Part shown: positions 39,404-49,605 of the stretch, one piece after another
Numbering within the stretch: position 1 is the first letter of the stretch
How the letters are laid out: every line of letters starts with the position of its first letter
Notes under the pieces: model-generated
The model's input: the letters and a program-made list of their open reading frames with translations, nothing else
What the model was told of the DNA's origin: nothing
Database searches by the model: none
Source: a bacterium
GTDB taxonomy: Bacteria; Electryoneota; Electryoneia; Electryoneales; Electryoneaceae
Direction: 5' to 3'
Length of the DNA stretch: 64,000 bases
Assembly: GCA_963675295.2 (NCBI GenBank)
Contig: CAXXKJ010000002.1
Location: forward strand, 1,696,001 to 1,760,000
Program-made: the position numbers and the translations under genes

Positions 39404-39753
39404 TGCTTGTACTATCCCTCCTTATCGGAGGTCTTGCTGCGGCGGGAATTTACCTGATGCTGCGTCGAAGCGTTGCGAAACTGATTTTCGGTATCGCCCT
39501 GCTTGGACATGCGGTGAACCTGATCGTGTTTTCATCGGGTGGATTGATGCCTGCTGGATCACCCATAATCAGTGAGAACGCTAAGATCCTGCTTGAGCCA
39601 CATCCGGACCCGCTTCCCCAGGCTCTGGTGCTGACAGCAATTGTCATTGGCTTCAGCGTGCAGGCGTTTGCCATCGTTTTAATCAAACGGGCTCATCAGG
39701 AAGCCGAAACGGACGATTTTGACCAGATGGACACAACGGAGCGGGATGAATGA
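39403..39753 (+). CDS. mrpC: Mrp antiporter subunit C
   Basis: DPLPQALVLTAIVIGF. Confidence 0.93.
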   Translation: MLVLSLLIGGLAAAGIYLMLRRSVAKLIFGIALLGHAVNLIVFSSGGLMPAGSPIISENAKILLEPHPDPLPQALVLTAIVIGFSVQAFAIVLIKRAHQEAETDDFDQMDTTERDE

Positions 39754-41264
39754 ATACTGTCGCGCTTCTTCTCACACTTCCCGTGCTGATCCCGCTATCT
39801 GCTGCCATACTCTGCATTGTCGTCAGGTCGAACCGAGCGGCTCAACGCATATTCAGCATTACTGGATTAGTTGCACTATTCTCTTCGTCAGTTTGGTTGC
39901 TGGCTTCCGTTCAGAACGAACCAGTAATTGCGACTCAACTCGGTGGTTGGGTTGCACCTTATGGCATCACTTTTGTCGCGGATCGGTTCAGTGCATTAAT
40001 GGTTGTCGTCTCATCCTTGATGGGGCTTGCCGTCGGTATATACTCTCTCGCTGATCTTGATCGGGATCGTGAACACTACGGTCATCACAGCCTGTTTCAC
40101 ATTTTACTCATGGGCGTGAATGGCGCCTTTCTGACGGGTGACTTGTTCAATTTGTATGTCTGGTTCGAAGTCATGTTGATCGCATCGTTTGTGCTCACCA
40201 CGCTGGGTGGGCGTCGCGGTCAATTGGAAGGTGGGTTGAAATACATGACATTGAACCTTCTGGGATCCATGGTCTTTCTGTTGTCGATAGGCCTGTTGTA
40301 CAGCCAGACGGGCACCTTGAATATCGCCAAGCTTCATCTGATCCTAGCCCAAGTCCAGGGAAACGCAATCCTGCTAACCGTTGCTGTCTTGCTTATGATT
40401 GCATTCGGGATTAAAGCTGCGGTATTTCCATTGTTTATGTGGCTCCCAACCTCTTACCATACTCCACCAACTGCTGTTTCTGCTATTTTCGCTGGTCTTC
40501 TTACAAAAGTGGGTGTATATGCTCTTATCCGCACTTTCACCATGCTTTTCGTCTTCAATTTGACATGGACTCACACGATACTATTATGGATTGCGGGTTT
40601 CACAATGGTATCAGGTGTACTTGGCGCAATGATTCAGGGATCCATACGTCGAATACTTAGTTTCCACATTATTAGTCAGATCGGATATATGCTTCTTGGA
40701 TTAGCCCTGTTTACAAGCGCGGGAATTGCCGGAGCGGTGTTTTATATCATCCATCACATTGTGGTGAAGACAAACCTGTTTTTGATCGGGGGATTGATTG
40801 CCCGAATCCGTGGAACAAGTGTACTCAGCAGAATCGGGGGGCTGCTTAAGGACAGGCCTGTACTTGCGGTGTTGTTTCTCATTCCCGGATTGTCGCTGGC
40901 GGGCATTCCTCCGCTAAGTGGTTTTTGGGCAAAGTACGCAGTAATCAAAGCCGCTCTGGATGCGGAAAGCTGGATCATTGCAGGGGTAGCACTCCTGGTT
41001 GGACTGCTGACCTTGTTTTCCATGATGAAGATCTGGTCGGAGGCATATTGGAAACCGCAGCCGGAGAACTCGGTTTCAACTCCTGGACCAATGCCTGTTT
41101 CGACACGTCTTCTTGGATATGCGCCTGTGATCATGCTTGCAATGGTGACGTTGGCCATTGGTTTCTACCCGGGTTGGTTGCTGGATCAAGCCAACGCTGC
41201 TGCATCCCAGTTGCTGGACACAGAGAGTTACCTTCATGCCGTACTGGGAGGGACGATACCTTGA
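39750..41264 (+). CDS. mrpD: Mrp antiporter subunit D
   Basis: GDLFNLYVWFEVML, KAAVFPL, LTKVGVY, AGIPPLSGF. Confidence 0.93.
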   Translation: MNTVALLLTLPVLIPLSAAILCIVVRSNRAAQRIFSITGLVALFSSSVWLLASVQNEPVIATQLGGWVAPYGITFVADRFSALMVVVSSLMGLAVGIYSLADLDRDREHYGHHSLFHILLMGVNGAFLTGDLFNLYVWFEVMLIASFVLTTLGGRRGQLEGGLKYMTLNLLGSMVFLLSIGLLYSQTGTLNIAKLHLILAQVQGNAILLTVAVLLMIAFGIKAAVFPLFMWLPTSYHTPPTAVSAIFAGLLTKVGVYALIRTFTMLFVFNLTWTHTILLWIAGFTMVSGVLGAMIQGSIRRILSFHIISQIGYMLLGLALFTSAGIAGAVFYIIHHIVVKTNLFLIGGLIARIRGTSVLSRIGGLLKDRPVLAVLFLIPGLSLAGIPPLSGFWAKYAVIKAALDAESWIIAGVALLVGLLTLFSMMKIWSEAYWKPQPENSVSTPGPMPVSTRLLGYAPVIMLAMVTLAIGFYPGWLLDQANAAASQLLDTESYLHAVLGGTIP

Positions 41265-41734
41265 TTTATCTACTGATTCACGCATTCATCGTTATCGTCT
41301 GGTTGCTGCTCAGCGGTAGTTTCACCCTGTGGAATGCGCTTCTGGGGCTTGTGATTGGTTACGTACTGGTTGCCATTGCTTCTCCAGCTGAGGATAAGCG
41401 AAGCTATGTTAAGCGTCTTCCCGCTGCTATAAATCTATTTATATATTTTATTTTTGAGTTAATCAAAGCTAATCTGGTTGTCGCATGGGAGATGATTGAT
41501 CCAAGGCATACGATGAATCCTGGAATAGTGTCAATACCTCTGGATTTACAGTCGCCAGTTGCAATAACATTGCTTGCAAACCTTATAACCCTGACTCCAG
41601 GAACGTTGACCCTGGAAGTCACTGAAGACAGGAAAACACTGTTTGTTCATGCGATGTACATTTACGATCAACAGAAGTTCAGGGATTCTATTAAACGTGG
41701 GTTCGAACGCAGAGTGATGGAGGTGTTTGAATGA
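41261..41734 (+). CDS. mrpE: Mrp antiporter subunit E
   Basis: TTG start overlapping the mrpD stop; LANLITLTPGTL, LFVHAM. Confidence 0.9.
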   Translation: MIYLLIHAFIVIVWLLLSGSFTLWNALLGLVIGYVLVAIASPAEDKRSYVKRLPAAINLFIYFIFELIKANLVVAWEMIDPRHTMNPGIVSIPLDLQSPVAITLLANLITLTPGTLTLEVTEDRKTLFVHAMYIYDQQKFRDSIKRGFERRVMEVFE

Positions 41735-42006
41735 CGCTGGAGGCTTTTGCAATCTACGTTATTTTGCCGATTTTGGGCATTTCCCTGGTGCTGACGGTCA
41801 TCAGGCTGTTCTTAGGACCAAGTCTTGCTGATCGAGTCGTAGCTTTGGATTTAATGAGCATGCTGGGCATCAGCCTTGTGACGGTATTCTCCCTGGCGTT
41901 CAGCCGCACAGTTTTTTTCGACATTGCGATCGTCATCGCGTTGGTGTCGTTCATGACCACGATTGCGTTTGCTCGATTCCTTGAGAAACGAAACCAGACA
42001 AAATGA
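41731..42006 (+). CDS. mrpF: Mrp antiporter subunit F
   Basis: GPSLADRVVALD; AFARFLE. Confidence 0.92.
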   Translation: MTLEAFAIYVILPILGISLVLTVIRLFLGPSLADRVVALDLMSMLGISLVTVFSLAFSRTVFFDIAIVIALVSFMTTIAFARFLEKRNQTK

Positions 42007-42332
42007 GCATTGTTGACTACATAGCCGCGGCACTGATTCTGCTTGGCGCGCTGTTGATGCTGCTATCCTCGTTTGGACTTCTGCGGATGCCTGATCTCTA
42101 TATCCGATTGTCCGCAGCTTCCAAAGCAACGTCACTCGGCGCGATTTTACTGCTTTCCGGATTCGCGCTGGTTCAGACTGATTCGGCTCTGGTTTTTCGA
42201 GTCATCCTGACGATCTTATTCGTACTGATTACTGTCCCGGTTTCATCTCATGCCATTGCGCGTGCCGGGTATCGGGATGGTGTCCCCTTATGGAAAAAAA
42301 CTGTTGTTGATGAGTTAAAAGACTCTGAATAA
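42003..42332 (+). CDS. mrpG: Mrp antiporter subunit G
   Basis: GLLRMPDLYIRL..ASKA; PVSSHAIARA. Confidence 0.92.
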   Translation: MSIVDYIAAALILLGALLMLLSSFGLLRMPDLYIRLSAASKATSLGAILLLSGFALVQTDSALVFRVILTILFVLITVPVSSHAIARAGYRDGVPLWKKTVVDELKDSE

Positions 42333-42523
42333 TGGTTGAACCGCTTCTCATCGTTCTGGCATTCGAGTAGTGAATTCGATTTTTGCCCTGCCTGCGTTCC
42401 TTCCCGTCCACCCAACTCGTATTCTCCCTTGTGCAGCAGGACGCCCTTTATTCGTCGCCATGCACGTGCTATCGTCTCTGTGCTGTGCCGTCGTCAGACC
42501 CGTACCCCCACCGGAGACTGTTT

Positions 42524-45500
42524 GTGATCCCGAGACCTTCGACCATCGACACCGACCCGCAGTGGTATCGTGACGCCGTCATCTACCAGTTGCACATCAA
42601 GGCGTTTCAGGACTCCGACGGCAACGGCACCGGCGATTTCAACGGCATCATCCGCAAGCTCGATTACCTGCAATCTCTGGGGATTACGGCGATCTGGGTA
42701 CTGCCGTTTTTCCCAAGTCCACTCCGGGATGACGGCTACGACATCGCCGATTACTACAGCGTTCACCCGCAATACAACACCCTGCGTGAATTCAAGGCTT
42801 TCCTGCGCGAGGCGCACAAGCGCGGCATCCGTGTCATCATCGAGTTGGTGATCAATCACACCTCGGACCAGCATCCGTGGTTTCAACGGGCGCGTACCGC
42901 GAAACCGGGCTCGGTGTACCGTGATTTCTATGTCTGGTCCGACATCGCCGACAAGTACCAGGACGCGCGTATCATCTTCAAGGATTTCGAAACCTCGAAC
43001 TGGACGTGGGACCCGGTCGCGAAAGCGTACTACTGGCACCGCTTTTACTCGCACCAGCCGGACCTGAACTTTGAGAATCCGCGCGTGCAGAAGGAAGTGC
43101 TCAAGGTGCTCGATTTCTGGTTGGGGATGGGGGTGGACGGCGTGCGGCTGGATGCGATCCCGTACCTCTACGAACGCGAAGGTACCAACTGCGAGAATCT
43201 TCCGGAGACGCATGAATTATTGAAGAAGTTACGCGCTCATGTGGACTCGAAGTACGATGACAAGATGCTGCTCGCGGAAGCGAACCAGTGGCCGGAGGAT
43301 GCGGTCGCCTACTTTGGCGAGGGCGACGAATGCCACATGAGCTTCCACTTCCCGATCATGCCGCGGATGTTCATGGCGGTACAGATGGAGGACCGTTTCC
43401 CGCTCACCGACATCCTCGACCAGACGCCGGACATTCCGGACGGCTGCCAGTGGGCGATCTTCCTGCGGAACCATGACGAGTTGACGCTCGAGATGGTGAC
43501 AGACGAAGAGCGCGACTACATGTACAAGGTGTACGCCCGTGATCCGCGCGCCCGGATCAACCTCGGCATCCGCCGCCGGCTCGCGCCGCTACTGAAGAAC
43601 AACCGGCGCAAGATTGAGCTGATGAACTTCCTGCTGTTCAGCCTTCCGGGCACACCGATCATCTATTATGGCGACGAGATCGGCATGGGCGACAACTACT
43701 ACCTCGGCGACAGGGACGGTGTCCGCACACCGATGCAGTGGTCGCCGGACCGTAACGCTGGTTTTTCCCGTGTCAGCCCGCAGAAGCTGTACCTGCCGGT
43801 AGTGATCGATCCGGAATATCACTACGAAGCGGTGAACGTCGAGAACCAGGAGGCGAATGCGTCCTCGCTGCTGTGGTGGATGCGGCGAATGATCGCGATG
43901 CGGCAGCAGTTCAAGGCGTTGGGGCGTGGCACGACAGAAATGCTGTTCCCGGACAACCCGAAAGTGCTGGCGTTTCTGAGAAAATTCGAGGATGAGACGG
44001 TGCTGGTGGTGGCGAATCTCTCCCGATTCTCCCAGGTTGTGCACCTCGACCTCGCCGAGTACGAGGGCTGGGTGCCAGAGGAAGCGTTCAGCCGAAATCG
44101 TTACCCGGCGATTTCATCGCGGCCCTACCTGCTGACATTGGGCGTGCACGACTATTACTGGTTCCGTCTGCTCGACGAAGAGCATCGCATCAGCGACGAC
44201 GACAGCGTCCCCGCGCTGAAGCTGCGCGCCGGGCAGGGTTGGGCGAAGGTGCTGGACGGCAAGGTCGGCGAAACACTTCGTTCGGACGTGTTGCCGCAAT
44301 TCCTCGACCGGGCGATGTGGTTCCGTGGACGCAATCGCAAGCTGCGTGAAATCGAGATCGTTGACCGGATTCCGGTGCAGTCGGAGGGGCAGTCGTTTGT
44401 AATCGTGCTGCTCGAGGTGGTGTACACCGAGGGCAACCGTGAACGCTACATCCTGCCGTTATCGTGGCTGCCGGGCGAACTGGCGCAGCATACGCTGGAG
44501 AACCAGTCCCGCGCGGTGCTGACCATGCTGCGGGTCGACAATGAGGACGGTCTGCTGTTTGACGCTTTGTACAGCCCCGAGCTGAACAACCTGTTCCTGA
44601 AGACGATTTCCGGCCGCCGCAAATTGAAGGGGAAGCACGGATCTCTGGTGGGACTCACCGGCAGCCGCTTCCGCAAGCTTCGAGGCAAGGGTGAGCTTGG
44701 ATCGCCGCGCGTGCTGAACATCGAACAGAGCAACAGCTCGATCCTGTATGGCGACAAATTCTTCTTCAAGCTCTACCGTCTGCTTGAGGAAGGGCCGAAC
44801 CCGGACGTCGAGCTGACCCAGTTCCTCACCGGATCGCGGCAGTTTGAAAACGTGCCGCCATTCGCCGGGATGATCGAATACCGTGGCACGGACGAAGAAC
44901 CGATGGCAGCCGCGCTGTTGCAGGGGCTGGTGTCGAACCAGGGGGACGCATGGACGTTCGCCATCGACACGCTCGAAGGCTATGTCGAACAGCTGCTGAC
45001 CTTCCGTGGCCGGATGAATGAACGGCGCGGGGCGTCGCTGTTGCCGGCGTTGCCGGAGCCGCTTCCGTCCGTATTTGACGCCGTCTGGTGGGATCTGCCG
45101 GAGAACGTCGAGCATCTATTCGATTCGTTCTTCCTCGAGATGATCACGTTGCTCGGGCAGCGTACGGCGGAAATGCACCAGGCGCTGGCGTCCGATCCGA
45201 CCAAGGCTGACTGGCGGCCGGAAGCGTTTTCCACGCTCTATCAGCGGTCGATGTACCAGTCGATGCGGTCGCTGACACGTCGCACATTGACGCAATTGAA
45301 ACGCGAGCGGAAGCGTGTCCCGGATTCCGATCTCGATCGTGCGGACTGGGTGCTGAATCGTGAAAAAGAGGTGCTTGCCCGGTTTGAGCGAGTGCGGGGT
45401 CACAAGATCGACTCGCAGAAGATTCGCATTCACGGCGACTACCATCTCGGCCAGATCCTGTTTACCGGCAAGGATTTCGTCGTCATCGACTTCGAGGGCG

Positions 45501-45889
45501 AACCGGCGCGCACGTTGAGCGAACGGCGGCTGAAACGGTCACCGTTGCGCGATGTCGCCAGCATGATTCGCTCGTTCCACTACGTCACGATGACCGAACT
45601 GCGGCGCTACGAAGAGCAGGACGCCGAGCTCGGTGCCTGGCTGCGGCCGTGGCTCGAGGCGTGGTACCTGCGGGTCAGCGGCCAGTTCCTGCGGTCGTAC
45701 CGAGAGCAGATGAACGGCGGCCATATGGTCCCGGACGACAACGCCGACTTCGCGTTGCTGTTGAACAGCTTCCTCGTCGAAAAGGCGGTGTACGAACTTG
45801 GCTACGAACTGACCAACCGGCCGGAGCGGGTGTGGTTGCCGCTTCGTGGGCTCGAGGACCTGCTGCAGGATGACGGGGGAAAGGGGTGA
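42524..45889 (+). CDS. treS: Trehalose synthase (maltose alpha-D-glucosyltransferase) fused to maltokinase
   Basis: GTG 42524 after GGAG; WYRDAVIYQ, NHTSDQHPWF, RLDAIPYL, LRNHDELTLE; C-terminal EQSNSS, IHGDYHLGQ, DFEGEP. Confidence 0.93.
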   Translation: MIPRPSTIDTDPQWYRDAVIYQLHIKAFQDSDGNGTGDFNGIIRKLDYLQSLGITAIWVLPFFPSPLRDDGYDIADYYSVHPQYNTLREFKAFLREAHKRGIRVIIELVINHTSDQHPWFQRARTAKPGSVYRDFYVWSDIADKYQDARIIFKDFETSNWTWDPVAKAYYWHRFYSHQPDLNFENPRVQKEVLKVLDFWLGMGVDGVRLDAIPYLYEREGTNCENLPETHELLKKLRAHVDSKYDDKMLLAEANQWPEDAVAYFGEGDECHMSFHFPIMPRMFMAVQMEDRFPLTDILDQTPDIPDGCQWAIFLRNHDELTLEMVTDEERDYMYKVYARDPRARINLGIRRRLAPLLKNNRRKIELMNFLLFSLPGTPIIYYGDEIGMGDNYYLGDRDGVRTPMQWSPDRNAGFSRVSPQKLYLPVVIDPEYHYEAVNVENQEANASSLLWWMRRMIAMRQQFKALGRGTTEMLFPDNPKVLAFLRKFEDETVLVVANLSRFSQVVHLDLAEYEGWVPEEAFSRNRYPAISSRPYLLTLGVHDYYWFRLLDEEHRISDDDSVPALKLRAGQGWAKVLDGKVGETLRSDVLPQFLDRAMWFRGRNRKLREIEIVDRIPVQSEGQSFVIVLLEVVYTEGNRERYILPLSWLPGELAQHTLENQSRAVLTMLRVDNEDGLLFDALYSPELNNLFLKTISGRRKLKGKHGSLVGLTGSRFRKLRGKGELGSPRVLNIEQSNSSILYGDKFFFKLYRLLEEGPNPDVELTQFLTGSRQFENVPPFAGMIEYRGTDEEPMAAALLQGLVSNQGDAWTFAIDTLEGYVEQLLTFRGRMNERRGASLLPALPEPLPSVFDAVWWDLPENVEHLFDSFFLEMITLLGQRTAEMHQALASDPTKADWRPEAFSTLYQRSMYQSMRSLTRRTLTQLKRERKRVPDSDLDRADWVLNREKEVLARFERVRGHKIDSQKIRIHGDYHLGQILFTGKDFVVIDFEGEPARTLSERRLKRSPLRDVASMIRSFHYVTMTELRRYEEQDAELGAWLRPWLEAWYLRVSGQFLRSYREQMNGGHMVPDDNADFALLLNSFLVEKAVYELGYELTNRPERVWLPLRGLEDLLQDDGGKG

Positions 45890-46794
45890 TGGCCGTGACT
45901 CAACCCAAAGTGTTCCCGGATGGGATGCTGCTCGGCCACGCGACCCACGAATCCGGCACCACCGGCGTGACGGTGATGCTTTTCCCCGAGGGTGCGTCCG
46001 CCGGGCATCACATTCACGGCCACGCCACCGGATCGCGGGAGCTGGACACGTTGTCACCGTTGCATTCGACGCGTCAGATTCATGGTCTCTGCTTCGCAGG
46101 TGGATCGGTGTTCGGGCTGGCGGCGGTGGACGGGGTAGTGCGTGAACTGGCCGAACGTGGGATTGGACTGAAGACACCGCACGCGACGGTCCCGATTGTC
46201 CCTGCGGCGATCCTGTATGATCTGGATGGCGGCGAGGTTCGTCCCGATGCTGAGCTGGGCCGACAGGCCACACGCAATGCGTTCAGTGGATCGTCTGGGC
46301 CGCTCACTGGACGTATTGGCGCGGGGGCTGGCGCGCGTGTCGCCCGCATCACCGGTGCGGAACAACCCGGCGGAATCGGAATTCACACGCGCACGCATGA
46401 CGGCTTCACCGTCACCGCGATCGTCGCGGTCAATGCACTCGGCGCGATCCGTGATCCGGAAACCGGCGACTGGGTGGCGGGCGAATTGGCGGCGGACCAA
46501 AACAGTTTTGACAACTTCCCATTCGGCAACACCACGCTGGCGGCGGTGATCACCGACGCCCCGTTGAACCGTGACCAGTGCATCCTCGTCGCACGCATGG
46601 CGAGTGCGGGGATAAGTCGCACACACTACCCGGCGTCGACTCCGTTAGACGGCGACGTGGTATTCGCGGTGTCGTTGGCGAAGGATGCGGAAACGGATCC
46701 GGCGGGCGTGAAACGGTTGACTGAAACCGGGCATCTTGCGGCGGTTTGCGTTGAACGGGCGGTGGTTGCGGCGGTTACGTCTACGCGGACGTGA
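45886..46794 (+). CDS. P1/S58 (DmpA-like) peptidase
   Basis: TGVTV, GSRE, FAGGSVFGL, GRIGAGAG, GNTTL, DGDVVF. Confidence 0.85.
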   Translation: MMAVTQPKVFPDGMLLGHATHESGTTGVTVMLFPEGASAGHHIHGHATGSRELDTLSPLHSTRQIHGLCFAGGSVFGLAAVDGVVRELAERGIGLKTPHATVPIVPAAILYDLDGGEVRPDAELGRQATRNAFSGSSGPLTGRIGAGAGARVARITGAEQPGGIGIHTRTHDGFTVTAIVAVNALGAIRDPETGDWVAGELAADQNSFDNFPFGNTTLAAVITDAPLNRDQCILVARMASAGISRTHYPASTPLDGDVVFAVSLAKDAETDPAGVKRLTETGHLAAVCVERAVVAAVTSTRT

Positions 46795-46840
46795 TGACCG
46801 AGGCCGGTCGATCTTGCACAGTACGTAGTACGGTTCGCAC

Positions 46841-47794
46841 TCAGGATGATTTGAAGTTGATCGCGGGTTGGTCGTGAGTCGGGGAGTCGTGATTCCAGAT
46901 TTCACTCGCGAATTCGTGGATGGCGTGCACGGATTGAAGCCGCCGGTTGGTGAACCGGTCCGCCAGCACTTCAATCAACTGGTCGAGCACCAGTTCGGCC
47001 TTCTCCCCTTCGGTAATCACCACTTCGTCCCGGTGATGCGCTAAAAAGCGGATCGCCGTTTGGCAGTCGTTCATCTCTCCGAGTTTATCCTGGATCTTCT
47101 TCAAGCTGTTGCGCACAGTGCCCGCTTCCTTTTGCGCCATGATCGGCAAGTAGGCTTCCAACTGATATCGCATCACTTTCACTTGGATCCGGGTTTTATG
47201 CAACGCCGGCAGGGGAGTATTTTCGTTGATCGCCCAGGCATGCCGAATCATCCGTGACATCAATTTGCTCAGGGTCTGGCAGGCGTGATCGAGGATGGAG
47301 ATGGTCGCGTGTTCGGCAAGTGCTGGTTTGGTGTTGCCATCAAGCACGGCGAACCACTCATCGAGAATGCCGGAATAGCTGTCGCGCCGCAATTCGGCTT
47401 CGAGCCCACGCCACGCGTTCTCACGCTTTCTACTCAGCCAGTTGCGCAGCTGTTCGGTGCCGGTGGCTGATGAATTCGGTAGCGCAAAGGTGAGTTCGGG
47501 CAGTTGCAGGATGAAGACATCGATTTCGCGGATGAGGTTGGTGATGCGTTGCAGATCCCGCAGGCGGGCGTAATAAAACTTGATTTGATCCGTGGCGAAA
47601 ATACCCTTCATGCCCTTCAGTAGCGCGCGGCTGCGCCGCAAGGCCACCCTGAATTTGTGCAACTGTTCAATATTACGTGCAACCAGGGCGTTCGCGTCGA
47701 ACTGCAACAGTGGTTTTCGATACATGCCGAGAACCACCAGCGCGGCTTCATGCGCGGGCATATTTGGGGTTAATCTTGTCAAAGTCCACTCCAT
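46841..47794 (-). CDS. CHAD domain protein
   Basis: LHKFRVALRRSR, REIDVF, LHKTRIQVKVMRY, QDKLGEMND. Confidence 0.85.
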   Translation of the reverse strand: MEWTLTRLTPNMPAHEAALVVLGMYRKPLLQFDANALVARNIEQLHKFRVALRRSRALLKGMKGIFATDQIKFYYARLRDLQRITNLIREIDVFILQLPELTFALPNSSATGTEQLRNWLSRKRENAWRGLEAELRRDSYSGILDEWFAVLDGNTKPALAEHATISILDHACQTLSKLMSRMIRHAWAINENTPLPALHKTRIQVKVMRYQLEAYLPIMAQKEAGTVRNSLKKIQDKLGEMNDCQTAIRFLAHHRDEVVITEGEKAELVLDQLIEVLADRFTNRRLQSVHAIHEFASEIWNHDSPTHDQPAINFKSS

Positions 47795-47922
47795 TCGACT
47801 TTCACAATAAAAATGTGAAATGGAGGCATACAGGGAAGTTATGCGAGAAAAGCGATCAATGCCAGTGATGTAACGCACAAGGCAGGAGAATGTTGAAGAT
47901 ATAGCTATTATTCTTGTTTTTA

Positions 47923-48612
47923 TTATACTTGGAGCTTTTTATCATCCCGAAAGATCTGGCCTGACGGACCATCATCCGGCAGTGTCGCCGCACGTACAAT
48001 GCCCCACGCGCCTTCCTCCACACTCCGTTGTGCGTTCTGCCCACCCATCCGTGTGCGCACCCAACCCGGCCCGACGGCGTTCACTTTCACCGTTGGCGGG
48101 ACTTCATGGGACAGCTTGTAGGTAAACGCGGTCAGCGCGGCCTTGGTCACGCCGTACGTCGCCGGTGAACTGGCGAGCGCTTGCGAATACAGGCCATAGC
48201 CGGAGACGACGTTGACAACTCGTCCCCAATTGCGCTTGGTCATCGCGGGTACAAACGCGCGGCAGGTCCAGATCGGACCGTGCAAGTTGATTACCAGCGC
48301 GTTCTCCCACTCTTCGTTTGTGGCTTCCAGCGAATCACTGTTGAACAGCACGGCGGCGTTGTTGATCAGGATGTCGACGTTGATGCCCTGTTCGACCAGT
48401 TCGGCGGCGCAGGTGTCGATACTCTCCCGGTCCGCCACGTCCATCCGCATCGGCAGCGCGATTCCGTAGCTGCTGAGCTCGTCGGCGGCCGCTTCGGCGG
48501 CGGCGAGATCCCGCCCGGTCAGGATCACACGGATATCTTGCTGCAGCAGTTGACGGCAGACTTCTTTTCCGATGCCGCGATTGGCACCGGTAACGAGGGC
48601 GGTTCGATTCAT
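47923..48612 (-). CDS. SDR family oxidoreductase
   Basis: TGANRGIG, LINNA, YGVTK, PGWVRTRM. Confidence 0.92.
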   Translation of the reverse strand: MNRTALVTGANRGIGKEVCRQLLQQDIRVILTGRDLAAAEAAADELSSYGIALPMRMDVADRESIDTCAAELVEQGINVDILINNAAVLFNSDSLEATNEEWENALVINLHGPIWTCRAFVPAMTKRNWGRVVNVVSGYGLYSQALASSPATYGVTKAALTAFTYKLSHEVPPTVKVNAVGPGWVRTRMGGQNAQRSVEEGAWGIVRAATLPDDGPSGQIFRDDKKLQV

Positions 48613-48787
48613 GGCCGACTCCTGAGTGGGTTTGGATGGAGGATAAGGTTTTCGGCGAGCGACGTTGGCAGGAATCGTTCACGATCCGCTCGGGAGACGC
48701 CGAAACTACGAATACGGAGTGATATTTGCTACGAATTTCACATACACCCTCGATCGTTTCATCGTGGAACAGTTTGGGGAGTTGATC

Positions 48788-49534
48788 ATGCAGCTGTCGA
48801 AAAAACAATTGGATCAGTGCAAGGAAAGCCAGTGGGACTTCAGTGATCTGCGCGCATTGTTCCTGAATTGTACGCTGAAGCGCTCCCCTGAGATGTCGCA
48901 CACTGACGGCCTGATCAACATTTCCAGGTCGATCTTCGAGAAGAATGGTGTCACGGTCGATGTCCTGCGACCGGTGGACTTCAAGGTTGCGGCGGGTGTC
49001 TACCCGGACATGCGCGAACGTGGCTGGCCGGACGATGAGTGGCCGGAGATCTACGACAAGGTGCAGGCCGCTGATATCCTCGTGTTGACGACTCCGATCT
49101 GGCTTGGTGACAAGTCGTCGGTCGCGACACGGGTTATCGAACGGTTGTATTCGACATCCGGCGATCTCAACGAACACGGCCAATACACCTACTACGGCAA
49201 GGTCGGCGGGACGCTGATTACCGGCAACGAGGATGGCCTCAAGCATTGCGCGATGAACATCCTCTATTCGCTGCAACACCTGGGATACACCATTCCACCG
49301 CAAGCAGACGCCGGCTGGCTGGGCGAGGTCGGGCCGGGGCCATCCTACCGTGATCCCGATTCCGGCGGTCCGGCGAATGATTTCACCAACCGCAACACGA
49401 CGTTCATGACATGGAACCTGATGCACCTGGCCCGGATGCTGAAGGATCGAGGGGGTATACCCGCGCACGGCAACCAACGGTCGCTGTGGGAGGCGGGCTG
49501 CCGTTTCGATCATCCGAATCCGGAGTACCGATAA
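48788..49534 (+). CDS. Flavodoxin-like NADPH-dependent FMN reductase family protein
   Basis: FLNCTLKRSP, TPIWLG, TGNEDG. Confidence 0.85.
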   Translation: MQLSKKQLDQCKESQWDFSDLRALFLNCTLKRSPEMSHTDGLINISRSIFEKNGVTVDVLRPVDFKVAAGVYPDMRERGWPDDEWPEIYDKVQAADILVLTTPIWLGDKSSVATRVIERLYSTSGDLNEHGQYTYYGKVGGTLITGNEDGLKHCAMNILYSLQHLGYTIPPQADAGWLGEVGPGPSYRDPDSGGPANDFTNRNTTFMTWNLMHLARMLKDRGGIPAHGNQRSLWEAGCRFDHPNPEYR

Positions 49535-49566
49535 ATCCAATGTGTGGGGAGAGGGTGCCGGGGGAT

Positions 49567-49600
49567 GGAGCCCGTGCCGGATAGAATCGGCACGGGTTCC
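49567..49600. terminator. Hairpin between convergent genes
   Basis: GGAGCCCGTGCCGG-ATAGAA-TCGGCACGGGTTCC. Confidence 0.6.
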
Positions 49601-49605
49601 TGCAT

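Noticed and set aside
42383-42523. N-terminal extensions of ORF-track calls (treS, 11162, 40925, 48665, 51304, 52325, 53524)
   Set aside because: Downstream starts have an RBS or stop/start overlap and match the family N-termini.
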